Origin: an uncultured Candidatus Actinomarina sp.
GTDB taxonomy: Bacteria; Actinomycetota; Acidimicrobiia; Actinomarinales; Actinomarinaceae
Assembly (NCBI GenBank): GCA_902510055.1
Contig: CABWZY010000003.1
Coordinates: forward strand, 15,067-79,066
Direction: 5' to 3'
DNA: 64,000 nucleotides
Below, one piece after another: positions 52,552 through 62,466 of the stretch. Numbering within the stretch: position 1 is the stretch's first letter; the number at the start of each line of letters is the position of its first letter. The translations under genes were made by a program, and so were the position numbers. The notes under the pieces are model-generated. The model saw only the letters and a program-made list of their open reading frames with translations. It ran no database searches and was not told the DNA's origin.

Positions 52552-53820
52552 TTATATATCTAATTCGTTATTTTTAGATATTTCACCAAACCAAATAGCT
52601 GACTTATGTGGTTTTCTCTCAAATGTTTCTTTATCAACCTCAACAAGTCCAAAATTCATTTGATAACCAAGATCCCATTCGAAATTATCTAACAATGACC
52701 AATACAAATAACCAATAACATTCTTATTTGTATCTAAATAATTGTGAATATCATTAAGTACTGTAGAAACAAACTCAATTCGTTCCTCGTCATTATCAGT
52801 TGCAATTCCATTTTCAGTTATAAAAATATCTTTTCCATCAAAAAACTTGGTCAAACGTTCTATATTGTAAAGAACTGCTTCTGGTCTATATTCATAGCCC
52901 ATTTTGGTTGTGCGAGTATCAGTATCAATTCTTCCATTTCGTCCAGCAAATATTTGTAAAATTCTTGGTAGTATAAATCTTCTTACAATTGGGATATCTA
53001 ATAAAAAGGGAGTAGCAATTGATAAGAGTATGCTTCTAGGAAATCTAACTATGGTATAAGTTTGTAAACCAATAAAATCATCATCTTTAGAGGCTTCAAG
53101 GAATTTATCTTCTAAATTATATTTAAGATATTGTTTAATTCTTTTATTATCATCGTCTTCCCATTCTTGTAAAGCATGAGTCATGCCTACTTTTGCATTA
53201 GGATTGTATTTCTTTATAGTGTTTCTTGCTTTTTTATGAGCTTCTATAACATTGTTTGATGCTTTAAACAATACTTTTTCATCGGCAATACCTGGTGGAA
53301 ATTTATTAGTTGAAAAATAACCAAAAAATGTAAATATTCCAGGTTCATTAATTGTATTAAAGTATTGAACTTCTTTAGGAAGACTTTTCATTATTTTTTC
53401 TACATAATTATTGAAATAACCTATAACATTATTATTTGCCCATGATCCTTCATCAGAAACCCATTGAGGTGTAGTGAAATGATGGAATGTAATAATAGGT
53501 AATATATTTTCTGATAAAAGTTTTTTAGTTTTATCAATATAATGTTTTATTTCCTTTTCGTCAAAGTTGTTCTTTGATGGCTCTACCCTACTCCATTCAA
53601 TTGAAAATCTAAAAGCATTTATTCCTAATGTTTTAAGTAAATTTATGTCTGTGTCAATTAACTCATAATGTTTACAGGCTTCACCACATTGTTCTTCGCA
53701 TTTTGAATTTTTATTATTCTCCCATGCAGTCCAGTCATTATTATAAATACCGCCTTCAACCTGATATGAAGCAACAGCTGTACCAAAAATAAAATTATTT
53801 GGAAATTTTTTATTAACCAT
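52552..53820 (-). CDS. GH1 beta-glucosidase/beta-galactosidase
   Basis: 422 aa. FIFGTAVASYQVEGG N-terminal signature, NEP acid/base motif, ITENG nucleophile motif. Confidence 0.85.
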   Translation of the reverse strand: MVNKKFPNNFIFGTAVASYQVEGGIYNNDWTAWENNKNSKCEEQCGEACKHYELIDTDINLLKTLGINAFRFSIEWSRVEPSKNNFDEKEIKHYIDKTKKLLSENILPIITFHHFTTPQWVSDEGSWANNNVIGYFNNYVEKIMKSLPKEVQYFNTINEPGIFTFFGYFSTNKFPPGIADEKVLFKASNNVIEAHKKARNTIKKYNPNAKVGMTHALQEWEDDDNKRIKQYLKYNLEDKFLEASKDDDFIGLQTYTIVRFPRSILLSIATPFLLDIPIVRRFILPRILQIFAGRNGRIDTDTRTTKMGYEYRPEAVLYNIERLTKFFDGKDIFITENGIATDNDEERIEFVSTVLNDIHNYLDTNKNVIGYLYWSLLDNFEWDLGYQMNFGLVEVDKETFERKPHKSAIWFGEISKNNELDI

Positions 53821-54181
53821 ATTTATAAATGATATAAGTTATATAAATTAATACAATTTGAAGTATTAGTCTTACAGTGTGTTGTGCGTTTGAAAAATAA
53901 TTTTTACCATAAGGTAAATTATTTATCCATACATGTAAATTTCCTAAATAAAGTATGACTATGAAGGCAATCATTACTATTGCAGCAACTGTTCTGTATT
54001 TTGTTAATAAAAATAATGGAATTATTACCTCAAGTACTCCAACTAGCAAATGAGCTATACGTGGGAAAGGTATATAACTTGGAACAATCGAATCATAAAA
54101 ATAAGGATGCCTGAAGTGATTTAAACCTGCATATATGAAAAACAATATATATATGTAAGTAGTTAATTTGATTAAATCCAT
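53813..54181 (-). CDS. DoxX-like small membrane protein
   Basis: 122 aa, four TM segments. Overlaps glpK and the GH1 gene. Confidence 0.4.
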   Translation of the reverse strand: MDLIKLTTYIYILFFIYAGLNHFRHPYFYDSIVPSYIPFPRIAHLLVGVLEVIIPLFLLTKYRTVAAIVMIAFIVILYLGNLHVWINNLPYGKNYFSNAQHTVRLILQIVLIYITYIIYKYG

Positions 54182-55641
54182 TTTTTTGATCTCTCTATAG
54201 CTTTATTCCATTTAGTTAAATGATTCTTTCTTATTTCTGTATTCATATTAGGAGCCCAAGAAGAAGGGTTATTGAATTTAATATCAACTTCATTTATATT
54301 AATTTTATTTAAAAATATATATGAAGCTAAGGCTGCTCCATATGCTGTAATTTCTTTTATTTCTCTAGCTACTATATTTTTATTTAATATATCAGCTTGA
54401 AATTGCATAAGTAAATTGTTTTCTACCATGCCTCCATCAACTTTTAATTCATTAAAAGTTATGTCTAAATCTTTTTCCATTGATTCTAGAAGCTCATAAC
54501 TTTGATACGCAACACTTTCAAGTACTGCTCTTGATATATGATGTTTATTAGAATGTCTCGATAGACCAACTAATACTCCACGAGCTGTTGGGTCCCAATG
54601 AGGTGAAAATAATCCAGAAAATGCAGGTACGAAATAAACTCCGCCATTATCTTTTACGGATAATGCTATTTTTTCAATTTCTTCACTAGTTTCTATAATA
54701 TTTAAATTATCTCTTAACCATTGAACACCAGCACCCGCTATTGCAACTGATCCTTCAATAGCGTAATTAGGTTTATCGTTTCCATATTGATAGGCAATAG
54801 TTGTCAGTAAACCATTTTTAGAATATACAATATCTTCACCTGTATTTGTTAGAGCAAAACATCCAGTACCGTAAGTATTTTTAACATTCCCTTTTGTAAA
54901 GCAATGCTGTCCAAACAAGGAAGCTTGTTGGTCTCCCATTACAGCTGTAATTGGAATCTCATTAAGTATATTTTTACTAAAGCCAAACTCGGATAATGAA
55001 GGCTTAACATTAGCTAAAGAATCTATAGGGATATTATATTTATTCAATATATTTTCATTCCAGCGGAGAGATTCAATATCAAACATTAAAGTTCTACTTG
55101 CATTTGTAACATCAGTTTGAAACGTACCAGTTAACTTATAAATTAACCAAGTATCTACCGTACCAAATATTACATCATTTCTATCTAGACTTGGTTTAAT
55201 TTCAGGTACATTTTTTATAAGCCAGATTATTTTTGATAATGAGAAATAAGTAGCTACAGGTAACCCTGTTTTAGATAAATCATTTCTAATAGTTTCATCC
55301 TTCATAATTTCTTCGCAGATGTCTTGAGTGCGTGTATCTTGCCAAACTATTGCATTATAAAATGGTTTTCCAGTAGATTTTGACCAAGCTATAGTTGTTT
55401 CTCTTTGGTTTGTAATTCCTAATGATTTTATTTTCTTAATATCAAATCTACTTGAAACTTCATTTATGCTTTTAACTACGCTATCCCATATTTCTTCAGG
55501 GTCGTGTTCAACACAATTTTCGGAAGGAAAATATTGATTAAATTCTATTTGATGTTGATCTTCAACATTTCCGTTTTGATCAAATACAATAAATCTGCTA
55601 CTTGTTGTACCTTGATCTATTGATGCAAAGTATTCCATCAA
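54172..55641 (-). CDS. glpK: glycerol kinase
   Basis: 489 aa. FGGY kinase with SIDQGTTSSR N-terminus. Confidence 0.95.
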   Translation of the reverse strand: MMEYFASIDQGTTSSRFIVFDQNGNVEDQHQIEFNQYFPSENCVEHDPEEIWDSVVKSINEVSSRFDIKKIKSLGITNQRETTIAWSKSTGKPFYNAIVWQDTRTQDICEEIMKDETIRNDLSKTGLPVATYFSLSKIIWLIKNVPEIKPSLDRNDVIFGTVDTWLIYKLTGTFQTDVTNASRTLMFDIESLRWNENILNKYNIPIDSLANVKPSLSEFGFSKNILNEIPITAVMGDQQASLFGQHCFTKGNVKNTYGTGCFALTNTGEDIVYSKNGLLTTIAYQYGNDKPNYAIEGSVAIAGAGVQWLRDNLNIIETSEEIEKIALSVKDNGGVYFVPAFSGLFSPHWDPTARGVLVGLSRHSNKHHISRAVLESVAYQSYELLESMEKDLDITFNELKVDGGMVENNLLMQFQADILNKNIVAREIKEITAYGAALASYIFLNKININEVDIKFNNPSSWAPNMNTEIRKNHLTKWNKAIERSKKWI

Positions 55642-55662
55642 CTTATGATAAATAATTAATGT

Positions 55663-56193
55663 CTAATAAGCTTTGATATTAATTGTTTTTATTTTGTTAT
55701 AGCTTTTATATTTATCAGTCTTTTTTATTAACAAATATTTCACATTTACTTTTTCTTCAAACTCTATTGTTAAAACTTCATCTATGCAGTCAAAATTTTC
55801 AGATACAATTACAACTGGACTATGTTCATAATTTCTTGTTGGTTCAACTGTTGTGGATTTAGATATTATTTTTAATCCATTAGATACTTCAATATCCTCA
55901 ACTCTTATACGTACAATATCATTATTAATTCTATTTCTTAAAGTACCAAAAATATATATTTCTTCTGTTTTACAAAGTGACTGTCTGTTGTTTATATAAA
56001 TTTCATTAATTTGTATATCTATACTAGAAACATTCTTAATGTCTAAATCAATTTTAGTATTTGCTGATTTAGATACATTAAATTGTCCTAAGTTCCTTTC
56101 GTTAGTTTCTACTGAAGAATAGAAAATTAATGTAATAAAAAATATAGCAAACAATAAATAAAAATATATATATCTTGGGGGCTTATAAGACAT
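55663..56193 (-). CDS. hypothetical signal-anchored protein
   Basis: 176 aa. N-terminal TM. No family recognised. Confidence 0.4.
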   Translation of the reverse strand: MSYKPPRYIYFYLLFAIFFITLIFYSSVETNERNLGQFNVSKSANTKIDLDIKNVSSIDIQINEIYINNRQSLCKTEEIYIFGTLRNRINNDIVRIRVEDIEVSNGLKIISKSTTVEPTRNYEHSPVVIVSENFDCIDEVLTIEFEEKVNVKYLLIKKTDKYKSYNKIKTINIKAY

Positions 56194-56453
56194 TAGAGTC
56201 CGTTTATAGCTCCGAATGGTCCAATAATTGTTCCAACAATAAAACCATAAAGAAAACCGTATGTAAGACCTATTTTTAAATACTTTAATGTTTCATAAGT
56301 AAACAGTTCTTTACCATATTCTTGGATTCGAAATTTAGATCTATATTTCTCTGAGGCTAGATGTTTCAAAATAGGATAAAGAAAAAATATGGTTCCAATG
56401 CCTATTCCTGATAATATTCCTTGTATTGATCTTGCTATTACTATTTGTATCAT
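56193..56453 (-). CDS. small membrane protein (2 TM)
   Basis: 86 aa. Start/stop overlap with the downstream gene. Confidence 0.35.
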   Translation of the reverse strand: MIQIVIARSIQGILSGIGIGTIFFLYPILKHLASEKYRSKFRIQEYGKELFTYETLKYLKIGLTYGFLYGFIVGTIIGPFGAINGL

Positions 56454-56510
56454 TTTTATTTATAATTATTATCAAGTAACTATGAAAATATTTATAAAAG
56501 ATTTTAGCAA

Positions 56511-57260
56511 ATGAATTTAACGTATGACGATTCAACTGTTTATATTATTTTGTTTTTAGTAGCGTTTATTGCATCAGTTATTGACTCTATAGCAGGTGGT
56601 GGTGGTTTATTAGTTGTACCAACTATGTTAGTTTTAGGATTAAATCCACTTACAGCGCTTGGAACAAACAAACTACAATCTTGCTTCGGAACAGCAACAT
56701 CATCATTTAATTATTATAAAAATAATCTACTAAAAGAAAAAAATATCAGATTTTTAGTGTTGCTGTCGTTTTTCGGGTCAGGTGCTGGAACACTACTTGT
56801 TAGCCAACTTTCAAATGAAATTTTGAATAATATAATTCCAATACTTTTAATTTCTGCAGCTGTATTTCTAGTAATTAATAAAAATACTAAAAAAAATACC
56901 AATAACTTATTGTCGATATTGTTCATACCATTTATTTTTCTTATTGGCTTTTATGATGGTTTTTTTGGACCTGGAACTGGTACTTTTTTTGTTATAACTT
57001 TTCTAGTTTTAAAACAGAGGAATTTAATGGAAGCCACGGCTGCAACAAAACTATTAAATTTTTCTTCAAATTTTGCTTCATTTTTAGTTTTTTCATATAA
57101 AGGATATGTAATTTGGCAATTAGGTTTAATTATGGCAATTGCTCAGATACTTGGTGCATACATTGGTTCGAAACTAGCTATAACAAATGGTGATAAATTT
57201 GTTCGTCCAATAATCGTTTTAATTTCTATTATTCTTTCTATAAGAATTTTATTAAGTTAG
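56511..57260 (+). CDS. TSUP family (TauE/SafE) sulfite/anion exporter
   Basis: 249 aa. IAGGGGLLVVP motif. Polytopic. Confidence 0.75.
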   Translation: MNLTYDDSTVYIILFLVAFIASVIDSIAGGGGLLVVPTMLVLGLNPLTALGTNKLQSCFGTATSSFNYYKNNLLKEKNIRFLVLLSFFGSGAGTLLVSQLSNEILNNIIPILLISAAVFLVINKNTKKNTNNLLSILFIPFIFLIGFYDGFFGPGTGTFFVITFLVLKQRNLMEATAATKLLNFSSNFASFLVFSYKGYVIWQLGLIMAIAQILGAYIGSKLAITNGDKFVRPIIVLISIILSIRILLS

Positions 57261-57261
57261 T

Positions 57262-58239
57262 TTAAACTTTTACTTTCATATGTTTATTTAAAAATTCACC
57301 AAACATTTCAAAAGATTTAGTTGTTTCTGGTAGTTTTGCCTCAATATGAAAAACATGCCACATGCCTTCCCATTCGTAATATTCATATTCGCAATTACTA
57401 TTTTCAAATGCAATTTTCATAGATTTTGAATCTGATAAAAGACACTCATCTCCACCTACTTGGATCATAGTTGGTGGACAATCTGTAAAATCCCCGTGTA
57501 TTGGAGAAATATATGGATTATTTGGATCCATGTCATCATCTTTAATATAATATCCTCCAAAACCATCATGTTTATATTTAGCCCATTGTTTTTTCATAAT
57601 CGGACCTAGTAGTAGATCTTTATCAGCCATTTCTTCGGTATATGTATCACCGGTAGCTGCTGGATCAGCCCAAGGAGAGATACAAATAACTGCTGCTGGT
57701 AAGTCTATACCAAGCTCTTTAAGTTTTAGAATAGTAACGAGTGATAAGTTTCCTCCTGCAGAATCTCCACCTATTACAACTTGATTACTGTTATAATTTT
57801 CATCTACTAAAAGAGCTTCATAAGCTTTGACACCATCTTCTAGTTGAGCTGGAAAATAATGTTCAGGTGCAAGTCTATAATCTGGAACATAAACGGTTGT
57901 ACCTGTAATATCTGCTAAATGACTAGCTATAGAGTAATAACCTTTTGGACCACCTACTATATATGCACCACCATGAAAATAAAGTATCGCTTTATTAGGA
58001 TCAGAGTTAGGTGTAGTTACCTTCCATGTTTCTATCCCGTTTAGTGTTAAAATCTCCTTCTGACAATTTTTAGCTTTTGGTTGTAAACCGGTAATCATAT
58101 TAAAGTTTAATCTTTGACCCCAAACTTTTAATTTTGATACATTATTTGGATCATATGCAAAAGCACTTACTAATCCTCCTAATTTGGAATATCTTTTTTT
58201 TAGCTTTATAGCTTCATCGCTCAACATGTTCCCCCTCAA
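57262..58239 (-). CDS. alpha/beta hydrolase (HSL-family esterase/lipase)
   Basis: 325 aa. HGGA oxyanion motif and GDSAGG nucleophile elbow. Confidence 0.75.
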   Translation of the reverse strand: MRGNMLSDEAIKLKKRYSKLGGLVSAFAYDPNNVSKLKVWGQRLNFNMITGLQPKAKNCQKEILTLNGIETWKVTTPNSDPNKAILYFHGGAYIVGGPKGYYSIASHLADITGTTVYVPDYRLAPEHYFPAQLEDGVKAYEALLVDENYNSNQVVIGGDSAGGNLSLVTILKLKELGIDLPAAVICISPWADPAATGDTYTEEMADKDLLLGPIMKKQWAKYKHDGFGGYYIKDDDMDPNNPYISPIHGDFTDCPPTMIQVGGDECLLSDSKSMKIAFENSNCEYEYYEWEGMWHVFHIEAKLPETTKSFEMFGEFLNKHMKVKV

Positions 58240-58291
58240 GAAATCGCAAGGTAGAAAACATCTATTAGTATAAATTTATCTATTTTATTTA

Positions 58292-58310
58292 TAAAATGTC
58301 GGACATTTTA
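58292..58310. promoter_or_regulatory. perfect 9-1-9 palindrome TAAAATGTC-G-GACATTTTA upstream of the esterase gene (candidate operator)
   Basis: Seen about 55-70 nt upstream of the esterase start codon, in a 190-nt intergenic region. Confidence 0.3.
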
Positions 58311-58429
58311 TAAATTTGTATAAATTGAAAAGGCTAATATAAATGTCCAAATTGTATTTTCTAAACGTTTAGTTATCCATATTTTGTTATATTTTTTGTG
58401 AATTCCAATAGTAAACAACAATTTTTTAA

Positions 58430-59299
58430 TCATTTCCATATTTTTAAAAATAAAATAGGAGTATTTTTTTTATATTGAACATATTCTGTTAAGTGACCGT
58501 ATCTTTCATCCGCAATTTTTTCAAGCATATTAATTCCACTCATCCTTGTTAGTAGAACGTATACAAAAATTGGTGAAATAATAGTAAAATATTCAATTCC
58601 AGAAAATGATGAAAAAGAAATAATATATATTCCTAACCAAAGAGTTATCTCTCCAAAATAATTTGGATGTCTCGATTTTGACCACAACCCTCTTGAAATA
58701 AATGTTTTATTTGTATTTTCACTTTTTTTAAATTTACTTTTTTGTAAATCTGCTATTACTTCTACACTAAAACCAATTAACCAGATTAATACACCAATTA
58801 TTACGTATATATTTAGAGAATTATTTTCAGATTTTAAAATAGATATCACAGCAGCACAAGAAGTAATCGAAACCCATAAGGCTTGTCCCATCCAATATTG
58901 TAAAAACCAAAAAAAGTTTTTCTTCGCTTTTTCAAATCGTACATCTTCTTTATCTCTTTGGATTCTTTTAAACAAATATGTACCAAGTCTGAATCCCCAA
59001 ATCAAAACGAATAAAAATAATATTGTATCTGTAATAGTTTTATTAGAAATTGAATAATATGCGAAAGATATTACCACTATATATGTTGAACTGCCTATTA
59101 AGTCATACAACCTTTCTGTTTTAAAGATATATGAAGGAATAAAGAATACTAATTGAATTAAAACTGATAAAAGTAGTAAAAAAGTAAAACTGTTTATACC
59201 TTGAATTGTTGATTTTATATTAATTCCTAAAAAAGAAAGGAAATATATAGCAAATAAAAATACTACAGATGTTATTGCTGATCTAATTTCTTTATTCAT
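58430..59299 (-). CDS. ICMT/PEMT-like methyltransferase-family membrane protein
   Basis: 289 aa polytopic. RHPNYFGE motif near the C-terminus. Confidence 0.5.
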   Translation of the reverse strand: MNKEIRSAITSVVFLFAIYFLSFLGINIKSTIQGINSFTFLLLLSVLIQLVFFIPSYIFKTERLYDLIGSSTYIVVISFAYYSISNKTITDTILFLFVLIWGFRLGTYLFKRIQRDKEDVRFEKAKKNFFWFLQYWMGQALWVSITSCAAVISILKSENNSLNIYVIIGVLIWLIGFSVEVIADLQKSKFKKSENTNKTFISRGLWSKSRHPNYFGEITLWLGIYIISFSSFSGIEYFTIISPIFVYVLLTRMSGINMLEKIADERYGHLTEYVQYKKNTPILFLKIWK

Positions 59300-59306
59300 A
59301 ATTTTG

Positions 59307-59380
59307 TGGGAGATACAAGATTTGAACTTGTGACCCCTTGCTTGTCGAGCAAGTGCTCTGCCAGACTGAGCTAATCTCCC
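59307..59380 (-). tRNA. tRNA-Val (anticodon GAC), with C at position 33
   Basis: Folded by hand: acceptor GGGAGAU/AUCUCCC, D arm GCUC/GAGC, anticodon stem CUUGC/GCAAG with loop UCGACAA, T arm ACAAG/CUUGU with UUCAAAU loop, discriminator A. Confidence 0.75.
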
Positions 59381-59423
59381 GTATTAAAAAATATAACAGT
59401 TTGAATTATATTTGTAATTATAT

Positions 59424-59627
59424 TTATCTTTCAACAGTATTTATAGATTTATTAAATCTATTTAGTATTCTTTCACAAATTTCAATAACTAAATTTAAAA
59501 TCCATAACCCTATATACATCGCTATAAATAAATTTAATAACTTAAGAAGTAAATAAACTATACCTAAATAGATAAATATCCATGTAATTGTAAATTTAAA
59601 AGAATAAATTGGAGATTGTTTATTCAA
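59424..59627 (-). CDS. small membrane protein (67 aa, 2 TM), start overlaps the SRAP stop
   Basis: 4-nt overlap with the upstream SRAP gene. Hydrophobic helices. Confidence 0.35.
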   Translation of the reverse strand: MNKQSPIYSFKFTITWIFIYLGIVYLLLKLLNLFIAMYIGLWILNLVIEICERILNRFNKSINTVER

Positions 59628-60268
59628 AATGGTAACTCTGAATATTCTTTATATAAATTTTCATTATTATTCTTTGGATTATTAACAGCAACATCTACTC
59701 TATGGTAGTTAATATTGTTTATTTCTAAATTTAGTTGCTCTTGTAGATATTTAATATCAGTGTCAAAATTATTCCAATAACTAAGTAATTCTTCATTTAA
59801 TACAACTGGCATTCTTTCATGTATATTTTTTAATTCAGATATAGAATTTTTTGTCAAAATGCATGTTTCTATAGATTCATCACTTCTTTTGTTATAAATG
59901 CCAGCAACTTTTATTACTTTATTATTTTCTTTAAAAAAAGCATACGGTATTTTTGATTCACCTTCTTTTTTCCATTCATACCAACCAGACATTAATATTA
60001 TGCATCTTCTTTTTTCAAATGGAGTTTTAAAGGTCTTTTTCTCTAAAACAGTTTCCAATCTTGCATTAATTAAAGGTTTAGAGTCCTTCATTTCTTTTAA
60101 CCAAGTAGGATAAAAACCCCACTTTGCATTAACTATTTGATTGTCTATTACAATAGCAACTTGAGACGAAGGGACAATATTATAATTTTTAAATTCATTA
60201 ATAATTTCATTGTTAGTTAAATATGATAATTCCTCATCTGAAATAAAATTGTAATATCGTCCACACAT
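59624..60268 (-). CDS. SOS response-associated peptidase (SRAP/YedK family, abasic-site processing protein)
   Basis: True start is at MCGRY (catalytic Cys2). The upstream in-frame extension in the ORF track overlaps the tRNA genes and is spurious. About 214 aa. Confidence 0.8.
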   Translation of the reverse strand: MCGRYYNFISDEELSYLTNNEIINEFKNYNIVPSSQVAIVIDNQIVNAKWGFYPTWLKEMKDSKPLINARLETVLEKKTFKTPFEKRRCIILMSGWYEWKKEGESKIPYAFFKENNKVIKVAGIYNKRSDESIETCILTKNSISELKNIHERMPVVLNEELLSYWNNFDTDIKYLQEQLNLEINNINYHRVDVAVNNPKNNNENLYKEYSELPF

Positions 60269-60282
60269 AATTATAAGCCTTG

Positions 60283-60353
60283 AGGCGACGACGAGAATCG
60301 AACTCGTGTAAACGGTTTTGCAGACCGCTGCGTAGCCACTCCGCCACGTCGCC
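60283..60353 (-). tRNA. tRNA-Cys (GCA)
   Basis: Hand fold: acceptor GGCGACG/CGUCGCC, anticodon stem GCGGU/ACCGU with loop CUGCAAA, T arm ACGAG/CUCGU with UUCGAUU, discriminator U73 and G13:A22 as in tRNA-Cys. Confidence 0.85.
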
Positions 60354-60357
60354 AATG

Positions 60358-60430
60358 AGCGGAAGACGGGATTCGAACCCGCGGCCTCAACCTTGGCAAG
60401 GTTGCGCTCTACCAGCTGAGCTACTTCCGC
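60358..60430 (-). tRNA. tRNA-Gly (GCC)
   Basis: Hand fold: acceptor GCGGAAG/CUUCCGC, D arm GCUC/GAGC, anticodon stem CAACC/GGUUG with loop UUGCCAA, T loop UUCGAAU, discriminator U. Confidence 0.85.
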
Positions 60431-60476
60431 ACTAATTTTATATTACATGTTATACATTAATATTTGAAAGTAAGAT

Positions 60477-60914
60477 TTATCCTGTTGATCCGAATCCTTT
60501 ATCTGATCTATCAGTATTTTTTAATTTTTTTACTAAATTAAAAGACACGTTTTCTACATTAATAATTACTAACTGTGCGAATCTTTCTCCCTTTTCTAAG
60601 GTATATTCTTTATTTGAGTGATTGATTAACGGAATTATTAACTCTCCTGTATATCCTGGATCAACTAATCCAGGTGAATTTATTGAAGTAATACTATGTT
60701 TAGAAGCTAAACCTGATCTAGGTAATATAAACCCTCCCATATTAGGAGGAAGTTCAATTTTTACACCTGTATGTATTCGTGTAATTTTTTTTGTTGAAAG
60801 TGTATATTCCTGTATCGAAAATATATCGTAGCCTATATCTAATTCGTGTTGTTTTTCTGGTATTTTTGCATTTTTATTAAGGAGTACAATATTTATGTTA
60901 ATATTTTTATTCAA
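60477..60914 (-). CDS. dut: dUTP diphosphatase
   Basis: 145 aa. dUTPase motifs (PRSGLASK, GLVDPGYTGE). Confidence 0.85.
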   Translation of the reverse strand: MNKNININIVLLNKNAKIPEKQHELDIGYDIFSIQEYTLSTKKITRIHTGVKIELPPNMGGFILPRSGLASKHSITSINSPGLVDPGYTGELIIPLINHSNKEYTLEKGERFAQLVIINVENVSFNLVKKLKNTDRSDKGFGSTG

Positions 60915-61983
60915 TGCTACCCTTTCAATGATGAATATTAGAGATTATATTTTTATAAATAAAGCTAAAAATCTAAATAAGATAAGAATTTTAGAAATAT
61001 TAGGTTTTGAATCTAATACTTTTATTAGTCAATCCCCTGAAAATATTAAGCATATTGCTAAAACTATAAATGAAGAAGAAGAATTTGACTTAGAATTTGA
61101 CAATAAAGAACCTTTCAATTCTGAACACTCTTTAATTGATAATATCGATGATAAAACAAAAATAATTGATAATGCTCTAACTGAAACATTCGAACCTATT
61201 AATGTTACTTCAAAAATAAAAAAAATCTGGACTGATATTGAAAGAAGAAGGCAATGGGTAGTACCAGCAGTTTTATTTGTTTCAACATTAATTTTGATAA
61301 CTACTGCATCTTCAGTATTTCTTAATAATAGAAATGCAACAAAAGAAATCGATATATTGTATGAGTCACTTACTTTAGAATCAAATAAACTAATAAATGA
61401 GTTGCCGGAAATAATTTCTATCTCTACAGATATTTTTTACTCTAAATATGATGTCTCAAACGCAAGTGCTAGTTTACAGATTATTGAATCTACTGTTATG
61501 GAATATGGTAGGAACTTAAATAACAGAGAAGGTTTTTCTAACAATTCTGAATTAACCGAAAATTTATCAAATATTTTTCTTTTGATAGATGATTTAGATG
61601 ATTTAATAAGTTACCGAATATTAAGATCTGAAATTTTAATTTATAACGATTTATTAGTTATAAATGATAATTTAGATATTGATCAATTATCCAATCAGTT
61701 ATCAGAGATTTCGGCTAAAAGTAACAGAAATTATGATATTTTGCCGATGATTAATGAATTTAATAATCATTATTTATTATTAGAAGAAACATTAAAGTCT
61801 GCTGAAGATTTGCATGGGAGATTAATTGCCGCATTAAGAAATAACGAATTTGAATTAGGGAAATCATTAATACTGGCTATTAAAATGAATAAGGATATTG
61901 AAACTACTAATTTTGAAAAATCTTTAATTAAATTTAAAGATAATAAAACTAACTTATACAACAATATATATATATTGCCTTAA
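60895..61983 (+). CDS. hypothetical single-pass membrane protein (start likely at the downstream MMNIRD)
   Basis: 362 aa. Central TM (VVPAVLFVSTLILITTASSVFL). Helical extracytoplasmic C-terminal half. Divergent from dut. Confidence 0.4.
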   Translation: MLIFLFNATLSMMNIRDYIFINKAKNLNKIRILEILGFESNTFISQSPENIKHIAKTINEEEEFDLEFDNKEPFNSEHSLIDNIDDKTKIIDNALTETFEPINVTSKIKKIWTDIERRRQWVVPAVLFVSTLILITTASSVFLNNRNATKEIDILYESLTLESNKLINELPEIISISTDIFYSKYDVSNASASLQIIESTVMEYGRNLNNREGFSNNSELTENLSNIFLLIDDLDDLISYRILRSEILIYNDLLVINDNLDIDQLSNQLSEISAKSNRNYDILPMINEFNNHYLLLEETLKSAEDLHGRLIAALRNNEFELGKSLILAIKMNKDIETTNFEKSLIKFKDNKTNLYNNIYILP

Positions 61984-62420
61984 TTAAATTCTGCTACTTC
62001 TTTCTCGAAGTCAGAAGCATCTGAAAATTCTTTATATACGGATGCATACCTTAAATATGCAACTTCATTAAATTCTTTTAAATGTGCTAATACTTTTTCC
62101 CCTATGAAACTACTTTTTACTTTTTTTCCCTCATCTTTAATCTCACTATATATATTGTCAACTAAGGATTTAAGTTGCTTTTCTGTAATATCTTGACCAC
62201 CAAAGGCACTATCTATACCTTTTTGAAGTTTTTCAATTTGAAATTCCTCTAGTTGACCGCTTCTTTTTTCAACAATTAATTCAATTTCAGTTTTCTCATA
62301 AGTCGTGAATCGTGAACTGCATTTAGGACATTTTCTTCTTCTTCTTACTGAAGAACCTTCACTGTTTCTTCTTGAATCTATTACTGCTGTATCATCTGCA
62401 TTACAGAATGGACATACCAT
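61980..62420 (-). CDS. nrdR: transcriptional repressor NrdR
   Basis: 146 aa. Zinc ribbon CPFC...CPKC plus an ATP-cone. Confidence 0.9.
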   Translation of the reverse strand: MVCPFCNADDTAVIDSRRNSEGSSVRRRRKCPKCSSRFTTYEKTEIELIVEKRSGQLEEFQIEKLQKGIDSAFGGQDITEKQLKSLVDNIYSEIKDEGKKVKSSFIGEKVLAHLKEFNEVAYLRYASVYKEFSDASDFEKEVAEFN

Positions 62421-62466
62421 ATATAGTGTATTATAGTTTTTAAGAAAAGTTGATTCAAATAGTTCT

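Noticed and set aside
60269-60355. N-terminal 29-aa extension of the SRAP ORF
   Set aside because: It overlaps tRNA-Cys and tRNA-Gly. SRAP proteins require Cys at position 2, so the start is the internal MCGRY.
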